A DNA stretch of 36,527 nucleotides from a candidate division WOR-3 bacterium (GTDB taxonomy: Bacteria; Hydrothermota; Tepidihabitantia; Tepidihabitantales; Tepidihabitantaceae). The stretch covers positions 86,246 through 122,772 of the forward strand of contig CBFGJX010000004.1 in assembly GCA_965649225.1 (NCBI GenBank), written 5' to 3'. A program made the translations under genes and the position numbers. Below are positions 1 through 8,056 of the stretch, in pieces (within the stretch, counting starts at the first letter, position 1; every line of letters begins with the position of its first letter). The notes beneath the pieces are model-generated. The model saw nothing but the letters and a program-made list of their open reading frames with translations, was not told the DNA's origin and did no database searches.

Positions 1-1836
1 ACCAGCGGGATGATCGTCAACGGCACGATTGCGGCCGCGGACCTCGGGCAGATGGGCGCCGTGACCGGTCAGGTGCTGAAGTGGACCGGCAGTGCCTGGG
101 CGCCGCGCAATGACAGCGTCGGCGGTGGCGGCACCGGTGACAATGCCTGGGTGCGGATCGGGTCAGACAGCGTGCTATACACCATACACCGAGTCGGCAT
201 TGGCCGCGGTGGGTCACTCAACCTGCTGAACGGCACGCAGGCCTTCACCCAGACGAATCTCGGTGCCTACCAGTGCACGACCGGTGTTGCCGGAACAAGC
301 CACAACTATCAGACTGTCAGTGGCGGCTATCGCTGCGTCGCCGAGTCAACCGGTTCGACGGTCGGGGGCGGAAATGGCAACAAAGCCCGTGGGCAGCATG
401 CGACAGTGGCTGGCGGCTACTTGAATACAGCAACCGGCAGCTACGCTGCGGTCAGTGGCGGGTATCAGAATGTGGCCAGCGGTTACCGGGCATCGGTTGG
501 GGGTGGTTATCAGAACACCGCGAGCGGCGAGTACTCGGTTGTCGGCGCCGGCTACTCCGGCACAGCCAGGGCGCGTTTCTCAGGTGTGTTGTCGGGAGGC
601 TCGAACCTGGCGGGCGATGATACAAGCGATGTGGCCGCAGTTGTGGCTGGCGGGTATGACAACTCTGTCACCAGTAGATATGCAGTTGTCGGTGGCGGGT
701 ACCGAAACGTCGCCCGCGGCGAGTACGGCGTGGTCGGTGGCGGCTTTTGTGATACAGCTGCGGCGCCATTCTGTGGTGTATTTTCCGGATACTCCAACCT
801 TGCCGGTGATACGGCGGCGGTCGCGGCCGGCGGATGGAACAACTCGGCCACCGGGAGATATGCGACTGTCGGTGGCGGATATCAGAACGTTGCAGGGGGT
901 GGCCACGCAGTTGTAAGCGGTGGATTCAGCGACACAGCCCGGGCAGCGTACAGCGGTGTGTTCTGCGGTTACTCGAACCTGGCAGGTGATGACGCAGGTG
1001 ACACAGCAGCGGTTGTGATGGGCGGATGGAACAACTCGGCCACCGGGAGCTATGCAACTGTCGGTGGCGGGGTCGGCAACACGGCGAGTGGCTCGTCCTC
1101 AACTGTCGGTGGCGGGGTCGGCAACACGGCGAGTGGTTCGACCTCAACGATCAGCGGCGGGACCGGCAACGCCATTGCAGGTGGCACATATCACGCAACG
1201 ATCAGCGGCGGGGTAGACAACACCGCAAGTTCCAATTGTGCCACCGTTGGTGGTGGTGGTGTCAACACTGCGAGCGGGTACTACTCGACAGTGCCGGGTG
1301 GTTATTCAAACGCCGCCCGCGGGTCGTACTGCTTTGCAGCCGGCACTAATGCTCGGTCTAATCACTCCGGTTCGTTTGTCTGGGGCGACGGGACAGGGAG
1401 CTCTTCAGACACCGTGTACACAACAGGTGACAACCAGTTCCGGGTGCGGGCACGTGGTGGGACGTGGTTCTTTTCCAACGCCGGGATGACGACCGGCGCG
1501 TACCTCGCGCCAGGGTCGAACTCGTGGGCCTCGGCCTGCGACAGCGCCACTAAGGAGGACTTCCGCGATGTCGACAAGCAGGCGCTGCTGCAGAAGGTCG
1601 CGGCGCTGCGGGTGCGCAACTACAAGATGCGTGACCAGCACGACGGCACGCGGCACATCGGACCAGTGGCGCAGGACTTTTATGCTGCGTTCGGGGTCGG
1701 CGAGAGCAACACGAGCATCAACCTGGCCGACGCCGACGGCGTCCTGCTGGCCGCGGTGCAGGCGCTGTACGAGCAGAACCAGCTCCAGCAGGCGGAAATC
1801 GAGGCGCTGAAGGCCGCGCTGGCCGCGAGGAAGTGA
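1..1836 (+). CDS. Trimeric fibre/adhesin-like repeat protein with C-terminal peptidase S74-type intramolecular chaperone (5' end probably outside the window)
   Basis: Frame is open from base 1. Many ~15-aa repeats (A.G.YA.V.GG..N) resemble a beta-roll head. The C-terminus CDSATKEDFRDVD...LQKVAALRVRNYKM...RHIGPVAQDFYAAFG...LLAAVQALY plus a coiled coil matches the S74 chaperone pattern. Confidence 0.85.
   Translation, partial: TSGMIVNGTIAAADLGQMGAVTGQVLKWTGSAWAPRNDSVGGGGTGDNAWVRIGSDSVLYTIHRVGIGRGGSLNLLNGTQAFTQTNLGAYQCTTGVAGTSHNYQTVSGGYRCVAESTGSTVGGGNGNKARGQHATVAGGYLNTATGSYAAVSGGYQNVASGYRASVGGGYQNTASGEYSVVGAGYSGTARARFSGVLSGGSNLAGDDTSDVAAVVAGGYDNSVTSRYAVVGGGYRNVARGEYGVVGGGFCDTAAAPFCGVFSGYSNLAGDTAAVAAGGWNNSATGRYATVGGGYQNVAGGGHAVVSGGFSDTARAAYSGVFCGYSNLAGDDAGDTAAVVMGGWNNSATGSYATVGGGVGNTASGSSSTVGGGVGNTASGSTSTISGGTGNAIAGGTYHATISGGVDNTASSNCATVGGGGVNTASGYYSTVPGGYSNAARGSYCFAAGTNARSNHSGSFVWGDGTGSSSDTVYTTGDNQFRVRARGGTWFFSNAGMTTGAYLAPGSNSWASACDSATKEDFRDVDKQALLQKVAALRVRNYKMRDQHDGTRHIGPVAQDFYAAFGVGESNTSINLADADGVLLAAVQALYEQNQLQQAEIEALKAALAARK
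1055..1136 (+). repeat. Tandem 45-bp-period coding repeat with an identical 37-bp core
   Basis: caactgtcggtggcggggtcggcaacacggcgagtgg at 1055-1091 and 1100-1136, encoding TVGGGVGNTASG twice. Confidence 0.9.
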
Positions 1837-1845
1837 GGTGAATCC

Positions 1846-2391
1846 GTGAGAGCGACATTCGTCGCAGTTCTTTGCTGGCTTTGTGTCCTTTGTGGTGAGT
1901 CGGTTCTTGCCCAGCCTTACAAGTGCGACTGGAGCGTGGTCGGTTCGGGCGGCGGGGAGATGAGCGGGACCGCGTACCGGTGCGCCGCGACCGCGGGCCA
2001 GACCGCGACCGGGCAGCTCACGGGAGCGAGCTACGCCGCGCTCATCGGATTCTGGCAGCCGGACTTCGCGGTCGGCATCAGGGAGGCCTCAGCGGTGTCC
2101 GCGCCGGCCATCCTGCGCACGGAGCTCAAAGCCGCCCAGCCGAGCGTATTCCGGTCGCGGACCGCGATACGCTTCACGGTCGACGCCGAGCGAGTCGTGA
2201 GCCTGCAGGTGCACGACCTCACCGGCCGGGTCGTGCGTACGCTCTGTGCAGCGAGCGTGAAGCGCGGGGGCCACAACTTCGCCTGGGACGGCACCGACGA
2301 GCAGGGCCGCAGGCTGGCCGAAGGTGTGTATCTGGTCCGACTGACTGCGGGCGACTATACGGCTACCGGCAAGCTGACACTGTTGCGCTAG
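1846..2391 (+). CDS. Small secreted protein with FlgD-Ig / T9SS type A-like C-terminal domain
   Basis: GAGGTGA RBS before the GTG start; signal peptide ending VLA-Q. N-domain WSVVGSGGG..SG..Y..TAGQ...GFWQP. C-domain LQVHDLTGRVVRTL...WDGTDEQGRRLAEGVYLVRL...KLTLLR. Confidence 0.85.
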   Translation: MRATFVAVLCWLCVLCGESVLAQPYKCDWSVVGSGGGEMSGTAYRCAATAGQTATGQLTGASYAALIGFWQPDFAVGIREASAVSAPAILRTELKAAQPSVFRSRTAIRFTVDAERVVSLQVHDLTGRVVRTLCAASVKRGGHNFAWDGTDEQGRRLAEGVYLVRLTAGDYTATGKLTLLR

Positions 2392-2436
2392 GCAGACGAC
2401 CGGATATTATTGCGCCGCAGATGCAGAGGAGACCTG

Positions 2437-2841
2437 GTGAGTAAGGTTATCGTTATTCCGCTGGCGATAGTTGCGGTGCTGGGCGCGGCCACCGGTGCGT
2501 TCGTTCTGCGATTTCGCAAGATGGCACGCACCATCAGCGCCGTGGAGATCGAGCATGTGAACCTCGCGGGTGTGCCCGACGGCAGCTACGAGGGTGAGTT
2601 TGGCGATTTTCTGGTGCACGTGAGGGCGCGGGTCAGGGTTGCGGCCGGCCGCATCGAGTCGGTTGAGATCGTGGACCAGCGCTGCGGTCCGGGCTACGAG
2701 GCGAAGGAAACCGTGGAACGCATCCTGGCGGCGCAAAGTCCGGTGGTAGATGTCGTGTCGGGCGCGACCGGTTCGAGCCGGTGTATCATGGCGGCGGTGT
2801 ATCGGGCATTGCGTTCGGCGACCAGCCCGGTTGAACGATAA
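2437..2841 (+). CDS. Membrane-anchored FMN-binding domain protein
   Basis: GAGGA at 2426-2430 favours the GTG at 2437. N-terminal hydrophobic helix; DGSYEGE...V.V..GRI..V.I and the flavinylation motif VDVVSGATGSS. Confidence 0.85.
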   Translation: MSKVIVIPLAIVAVLGAATGAFVLRFRKMARTISAVEIEHVNLAGVPDGSYEGEFGDFLVHVRARVRVAAGRIESVEIVDQRCGPGYEAKETVERILAAQSPVVDVVSGATGSSRCIMAAVYRALRSATSPVER

Positions 2842-2874
2842 CGTTCCGGCCGGGTCGAATTAGCTACAAGGCTG

Positions 2875-2902
2875 TTGACAGGTTGACCCAACAGTCTAAT
2901 CT
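2875..2902 (+). promoter_or_regulatory. Putative sigma70 promoter for the flavodoxin-like gene
   Basis: TTGACA (2875-2880), N16, TAATCT (2897-2902). Confidence 0.55.
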
Positions 2903-2924
2903 TGTCGTGTTCGCCAGTGTTTGA

Positions 2925-3392
2925 ATGAAACCGCTGGTTGTTTTCTACACCCGTTTCGGTCATAACCTGACGATTGCCGAGACGGTTGCCGCCGAGCTGG
3001 GCGCTGACCTGCGCCGTATCACCACGCCGACTCAGCCTTCGTATCCGGTGATGGGGGCATGCTCATTTTTCAATATTCCGATGCGTATCCTGCCGATGGA
3101 CTTTGACGTCAGCGGATACGACCCGGTCGTGTTGTGTACCCCAATCTGGGCCTGGAAGCCGGCGCCGCCGGCCCGGGAGTTTTTGAAACGGGCGAATCTT
3201 GGCGGCAAGCGACTGGCGGTGTGTTTTTCCACCGGCGGCGGCCCGACGCTGCGGGCGCAGGAGAAAGTCTGTCAGCTGATTGGTCACTGCCGGGGGAAAG
3301 TCTTTGCGTTCGGCGAGATTCCGACCCGGCCCGAAGACCGCGACCGGCTGGTCAGAGAAGCGAAGACTTTTGCCGCGCGGCTGAAGACATGA
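2925..3392 (+). CDS. Flavodoxin-like protein
   Basis: LVVFYTRFGHN..IAE (degenerate FMN loop), YDPVVLCTPIWAW, GKRLAVCFSTGG. Confidence 0.8.
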   Translation: MKPLVVFYTRFGHNLTIAETVAAELGADLRRITTPTQPSYPVMGACSFFNIPMRILPMDFDVSGYDPVVLCTPIWAWKPAPPAREFLKRANLGGKRLAVCFSTGGGPTLRAQEKVCQLIGHCRGKVFAFGEIPTRPEDRDRLVREAKTFAARLKT

Positions 3393-3423
3393 CCGCCGGC
3401 ACAGCCAAACCTGAAACCTTGAG

Positions 3424-4407
3424 TTAGAAGCGGATCAGCACGCCGCCCCAGGTCAGCCCGGCGCCGAACGCCACCATCCCGACCAGATCACCGGTGTGAA
3501 TCAGGCCCTGCCGACGTGCTTCGTCCAGCGCGACGATGGTGCTGGCCGACGAGGTGTTGCCGTACTTGTGGATGTTGACGAATACCCGGTCGTCGGGCAG
3601 GCCGAGCAGTTTTCCAACCGCTTCAATGATGCGCAGGTTGGCCTGGTGGGGGATGACCAGTTTGAGGTCGGTGGTTTTGACACCGGCTGCCGCACAAATG
3701 CGCTTGAGGGCATCGGCCATGCTGCGCACCGCAACCTTGAAAATGGCGTTACCGTTCATCTTCAGGTAGTGTTCGCGCCGGTCAACCGACTCATGGGTCG
3801 CGGGAATCAGCGAGCCGCCGCCAGGCATGTAGAGGTCGGGCCCGCGTGAGCCGTCGGCAGCAAGGTAATCGGCGATGATGCCGCGACCATCTTCCGGGAT
3901 GCGCTGCAGCACAACCGCACCGGCGGCATCGCCAAACAGCACGCAGGTCGAGCGGTCAGTCCAGTCAGTAATCCGGGACAGCACTTCCACGCCGACTACC
4001 AGCGCATTGCGATAGCGGCCGCTGAGCAGGTACTGGTTGGCGATTGAGAGGGCGTAGATCGAACCGGTACAACCGGCGCTGACGTCGAAAGCGGCAGCGC
4101 CGTCAGCGCCGAGCTTGTGCTGGAGCACACAGGCGGTTGACGGGAAGGGCATGTCGCCGGTGACAGTGGCGACGATAATCAGCTCGACCTCGGCCGGGCT
4201 GAGCCCGGCTTCTTCGAGCGCCCGGCGGCTGGCCGGCAGGGCCAGGTGCGATGCGGCGACTCCCGGTTCGACGATGTGCCGCTCTTTCATTCCGGTGCGC
4301 TCGGTAATCCACTGATCAGAGGTGTCGACCATCTTCTCGAGGTCGGCATTGGTCAGGACACGAGGCGGAACTTCAAAGCCAGTTCCAGTGATTACAACAG
4401 AAGACAT
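3424..4407 (-). CDS. fabH: 3-oxoacyl-ACP synthase III
   Basis: DTSDQWITERTG, AFDVSAGCTG (catalytic Cys), LFGDAAGA, PHQANLRII, YGNTSSAS, FGAGLTWG. Confidence 0.97.
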   Translation of the reverse strand: MSSVVITGTGFEVPPRVLTNADLEKMVDTSDQWITERTGMKERHIVEPGVAASHLALPASRRALEEAGLSPAEVELIIVATVTGDMPFPSTACVLQHKLGADGAAAFDVSAGCTGSIYALSIANQYLLSGRYRNALVVGVEVLSRITDWTDRSTCVLFGDAAGAVVLQRIPEDGRGIIADYLAADGSRGPDLYMPGGGSLIPATHESVDRREHYLKMNGNAIFKVAVRSMADALKRICAAAGVKTTDLKLVIPHQANLRIIEAVGKLLGLPDDRVFVNIHKYGNTSSASTIVALDEARRQGLIHTGDLVGMVAFGAGLTWGGVLIRF

Positions 4408-4442
4408 GGGTCAGATTTGTTTAGCAGACAATCGGTTCGGTA

Positions 4443-4470
4443 ATCATAGCGGACAGCGTGCCGGCGTCAA
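4443..4470 (-). promoter_or_regulatory. Putative sigma70 promoter of fabH
   Basis: Minus strand TTGACG-N16-TATGAT. Confidence 0.6.
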
Positions 4471-4524
4471 ATCCGAAACCGGCTGGCTGAAGCTGGCCGG
4501 GCTTGGCACAATCTTTGCTGCGCA

Positions 4525-4553
4525 TTGACAAACCGGGTTTCTCGTCCTATTCT
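4525..4553 (+). promoter_or_regulatory. Putative sigma70 promoter of the SWIB-like gene
   Basis: TTGACA-N17-TATTCT; AAGGAGG RBS at 4594-4600. Confidence 0.65.
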
Positions 4554-4604
4554 GCGCCAGTGCAACATCAGAACGCCGGTGTGGCACGAGACAAAGGAGG
4601 ATAG

Positions 4605-4892
4605 ATGCCAAAAGGCGCAGCTCTGAAGAAACTCGTCATTAAGGTCGACGAGAACATGGCGGTGATTTACGGCAAGAAGAAGCAGATCACCGCTTTCGAC
4701 CTGACCAAGGGTGTGTGGGCTTACATCAAGGCCCACAAGCTGATGAAGGGCACCGGCCCGCTGATGCAGCGGACCATCGATGTGCCGGCTGAGGTGCAGC
4801 CGATTTTCGGCAAGACCAAAGCGATCAAGGTCGGCCAGATTTCGAAGAAGCTCTGGGCGTACATCAACGCCAAGGGCCTGCGAATGGCCTAG
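4605..4892 (+). CDS. Small basic SWIB/MDM2-like domain protein
   Basis: Strong RBS and biased codons. Two copies of the SWIB-like motif (I.G....I....tK.vWAYI.a..L): TKGVWAYIKAHKL and SKKLWAYINAKGL. Confidence 0.75.
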   Translation: MPKGAALKKLVIKVDENMAVIYGKKKQITAFDLTKGVWAYIKAHKLMKGTGPLMQRTIDVPAEVQPIFGKTKAIKVGQISKKLWAYINAKGLRMA

Positions 4893-4938
4893 CTGACTGA
4901 CCATTTGGGAGGTTGTTCGGCTGACGGCCTTGTGGCCG

Positions 4939-5784
4939 TCAGCCGCGCTTTTGGGCAGGATGGAGCGAGAGCTGAACGTCGGCGGGCATGCCGGGTTTGA
5001 GCGTGCCGTCGGGGTTGGCCAGTTCGATTTTCATCCGGTAGACCTGATGGGCACGTTCTTCGCGGGTGGGAATGTCACGGGGCGTGAATTCGGCCCGGTC
5101 GCTGATGTAGGCGATGCGGCCCCAGCGGATGCTGTTGCGGTCCGAGCCGACTCGCACTGCCGCCGAGTCGCCCAGTCGCACGCGGCCGAGCAGCGGTTCG
5201 GGCAGATAGACCGTCAGCCAGACATTTTCCAGCTGGACAAGTGTCACCAGATTTGCGCCCGGATAGGCGGTTTCACCGGGCTGGAGAATAATGGCGGCCA
5301 CGACTCCCGACGCCGGGGCAAGCACGGTGCAGTCGGCGACGCGCTGGCGAGCGAGCGCTGCCTGGGCCTCGGCGGCGGTGAGCGCATCGGCCGCCGCGTC
5401 GGCTTCGGCCCGGGCGCGGTCGAGTTCACCGGCACTGATGCCGTCGGAGCCGGCCAGCGCAGTCAGACGGCGCAGCGTTGTCCGGGCGAGGTTGTCGCGG
5501 GAACGGGCAGCGGAAACCCCGGCTTCGGCCGCCAGCAGCGCTGAACGATAGTCGGTCGGGTCGAGCAGTACCAGCGTGTCGCCGGCGGCTACCGTCGCGC
5601 CTTCGACGCAGCGGACACTCTGCACGCGGGCGGCGAGCAGCGTGCTGACGTTGACCTCGCGGGCCTCGATCGTGCCGGAAAGCTCGCCTTCGGGCCGGCG
5701 ACCGGCACGCTGGGCAAGCACCAGCGCGACAATCAGGCCGGCGACAAACAGGCCGACAACGGCAAGCCAGATGCGGTGGTTCAC
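4939..5784 (-). CDS. HlyD-family periplasmic adaptor (YbhG-like)
   Basis: Likely GTG start at 5784 before a TM helix. SGTIEAREVNV, EGATV..GD.LV.LD, APASGVV, AEFTPRDI.T..ER...VY, LKPGMPADV. Confidence 0.9.
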   Translation of the reverse strand: MNHRIWLAVVGLFVAGLIVALVLAQRAGRRPEGELSGTIEAREVNVSTLLAARVQSVRCVEGATVAAGDTLVLLDPTDYRSALLAAEAGVSAARSRDNLARTTLRRLTALAGSDGISAGELDRARAEADAAADALTAAEAQAALARQRVADCTVLAPASGVVAAIILQPGETAYPGANLVTLVQLENVWLTVYLPEPLLGRVRLGDSAAVRVGSDRNSIRWGRIAYISDRAEFTPRDIPTREERAHQVYRMKIELANPDGTLKPGMPADVQLSLHPAQKRG

Positions 5785-5794
5785 GACAATGTCC

Positions 5795-5822
5795 AGTCTA
5801 GTGGCGACGACGGTAAGGTCAA
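5795..5822 (-). promoter_or_regulatory. Putative internal promoter for the HlyD gene
   Basis: Minus strand TTGACC-N16-TAGACT, 10 nt before the GTG. Confidence 0.5.
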
Positions 5823-5846
5823 GTTGCCGGGAAGGTTGCCAGAAGG

Positions 5847-6953
5847 CTACACCCGGCGGGTGGCATAGCGGCGAAGGGCGACGAGAAAAATCGCCAGCCC
5901 GAGACCGCAGAGCCAGAGCGTTTCGGGCCAGAGCAGGTCGAAACCGGCGCCTTTGAGAAAGATTGACCGGACAATGACCAGATAGTGCCGTGCCGGTATC
6001 AGCTGGGTGAACCACTGCGCCGGCAGGGGCATGTTTTCAATCGGGAACATGAAGCCGGACAGGAGAATGTTGGGCAGCAGCAGTGAAAAGGCGAGCATCA
6101 TCGCTTCCTGTTGCGTGCGGGCTATCGTCGAGGTCAGAATGCCGATGCCGAGGGTCGAAAGCAGGTAGGGCAGCGACAGCAGCAGCAGAAGAACCAGCGA
6201 ACCGCGAACCGGTACTCGGAACCAGACCGCGGCAACAGCCGAAATCAGCAGGATGTCAATCAGGCCGATGGCAATATAAGGCACCAGCTTGCCGGCAAGC
6301 AGTTCAAACGGCCGCACCGGCGTGACGGCAAGCTGTTCGATTGTGCCGCGTTCATATTCGCGGACAATCGCCATCGCGGTCAGTATCGCCGTAATCACCA
6401 GCAGGACCGACACGAGAATGCCGGGCACGGTGCTGTTGCGGCTGGCCAGGCCGGGGTTATAGAGTACGTGCGGGAGAACCTCGACCGCCGGAGCCGGCAG
6501 GGGCAGCCGGGAGCCGAGTTCATTCTGCAGTGCAGCCAGCAGGATGCGGTTGAGTCGGGCGACTGCGATGGTGGCGGTATTGGGTTCACTGCCGTCAGCG
6601 AGAATTGAAACAGCCAGTTGCCGTTCGGTGACGAGACGGCGGTCGAAATCGGGCGGAATAATCAGCACGACTGCGGCGCGGCCGGCCGCCAGTTCCCGTT
6701 CGGCGTCGGCCGGGCCGGGCAGCTCGGTGATGCGGAAACTGCCGGAGGCCGCCGCAGCACGGACCAGGGTGCGGCTGAGCCGGGTGCGGGCCTGATCGAT
6801 GCAGACCAGCCGGAGATTGCGGATATCGGTTGTAACGGCGTAGCCGTAGAGCAGCAGTTGCAGGACGGGCGAGATCAGCACCATCGGCAGGGTGCGACGG
6901 TCGCGGATGAGCTGGATGACTTCCTTGCGGGCGACGGCCAGCAGTCGTGTCAC
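5847..6953 (-). CDS. ABC-2 type transporter permease (YbhR/YbhS-like)
   Basis: KEVIQLIRDRRT, AIVREYERGTIEQLAVTP, LSGFMFPIENMP; GTGA overlap with the upstream permease. Confidence 0.93.
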   Translation of the reverse strand: MTRLLAVARKEVIQLIRDRRTLPMVLISPVLQLLLYGYAVTTDIRNLRLVCIDQARTRLSRTLVRAAAASGSFRITELPGPADAERELAAGRAAVVLIIPPDFDRRLVTERQLAVSILADGSEPNTATIAVARLNRILLAALQNELGSRLPLPAPAVEVLPHVLYNPGLASRNSTVPGILVSVLLVITAILTAMAIVREYERGTIEQLAVTPVRPFELLAGKLVPYIAIGLIDILLISAVAAVWFRVPVRGSLVLLLLLSLPYLLSTLGIGILTSTIARTQQEAMMLAFSLLLPNILLSGFMFPIENMPLPAQWFTQLIPARHYLVIVRSIFLKGAGFDLLWPETLWLCGLGLAIFLVALRRYATRRV

Positions 6954-8056
6954 AGGGTTCTCCGCAGCCGTTCCACCGCCGCGGTCAGTGCGATGAAGGC
7001 GAACAGGGTGGCGGCGAGGACCGGTTCAATCAGCGCCGCCAGCGGCGCCGATTTGAGGTAGATGCCGCGGATGACAACCAGAAAGTAGCGGGCGGGCACC
7101 AGCGCGGTGATGTGCTGCAGCCAGACCGGCATCGAACTGATTGGAAAGACAAAACCCGAGAGCAGAAACGACGGCAGCACCGAAATCAGAAAGGCGACGT
7201 ACATCGCGACCTGCAGGCTGTCAACGAAGGTCGAAATCAGCAGGCCCAGTGCGAGACCGGTGAGCAGAAAGGGCAACGCCAGCAGCAACAGCAGGCCAAG
7301 ACTGCCGGTGGCAGTGACCCGAAACACAACCGCGCCGACGGTCATCACGCCGAGGAGGTCAACGAAGCAGATCAGGGCGTAGGGCAGGAGTTTGCCGAGA
7401 ACGAATACCGCCGGCCGGATTGGACCGGCCCGGAGTATTTCGATTGTGCCGCGTTCTTTTTCGCGCACGACCGCCAGCGAAGGCAGAATGATGGTCATGA
7501 ACATCGTGATGATTGCGAGTAGTCCGGGCACCAGAAAGACGGCACTGCGCCGGGCGGGATTGTAAATCACCCGCGGCCGGGGCAGAAACGATATCCGTGA
7601 TTCACGGGCAGCGACCGCATCGGCATAGCCGAGTGCCAGCGTGGCGGTGACGGGATTGGCACCGTCGAGCAAAAGCAGGACACGGGCAGTGCGGCCGGCG
7701 GAGCGGGTGCGACCGAAACCGGCCGGTAGCACGAAAGCCGCGGCGAGCTGACCGCGGTCAATCAAGCGCCGGGCCGCAGCTTCGTTTTCGGGCCGGGCGG
7801 CAATCTGAAACCAGCCGCCGGCAGTCAGCCGTTCGGTAAAGGCACGGCTGGCCGGCGAGCAGTCGAGGTCAACGATACCGGTCGGAATGTTGCGGACGTC
7901 AAGCGACAGCGTCCAGGCGAACAGCAAAACCAGCAGTGCCGGGGCAAGCAGGCTGATTGCCAGCGTGCCGGGGTCACGCAGGATCTGGATGAATTCCTTG
8001 ACCGTCACGGCCTGAAGCGAGCGCAGGGTTGCGGTCGGCAGGATTGAGCGTTTCAT
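6950..8056 (-). CDS. ABC-2 type transporter permease (YbhS/YbhR-like)
   Basis: ATG at 8056 overlaps the ATPase stop. KEFIQILRDPGT, VREKERGTIE, LSGFVFPISSMP. Confidence 0.92.
   Translation of the reverse strand: MKRSILPTATLRSLQAVTVKEFIQILRDPGTLAISLLAPALLVLLFAWTLSLDVRNIPTGIVDLDCSPASRAFTERLTAGGWFQIAARPENEAAARRLIDRGQLAAAFVLPAGFGRTRSAGRTARVLLLLDGANPVTATLALGYADAVAARESRISFLPRPRVIYNPARRSAVFLVPGLLAIITMFMTIILPSLAVVREKERGTIEILRAGPIRPAVFVLGKLLPYALICFVDLLGVMTVGAVVFRVTATGSLGLLLLLALPFLLTGLALGLLISTFVDSLQVAMYVAFLISVLPSFLLSGFVFPISSMPVWLQHITALVPARYFLVVIRGIYLKSAPLAALIEPVLAATLFAFIALTAAVERLRRTL

Noticed and set aside
1055..1136. CRISPR-like direct repeats
   Set aside because: Only two copies with an 8-nt gap, in frame inside a protein repeat; no cas genes.
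1..1836. Prophage tail fibre
   Set aside because: No other phage genes in the window, and the neighbour is a host-type secreted protein. The upstream context is unseen.
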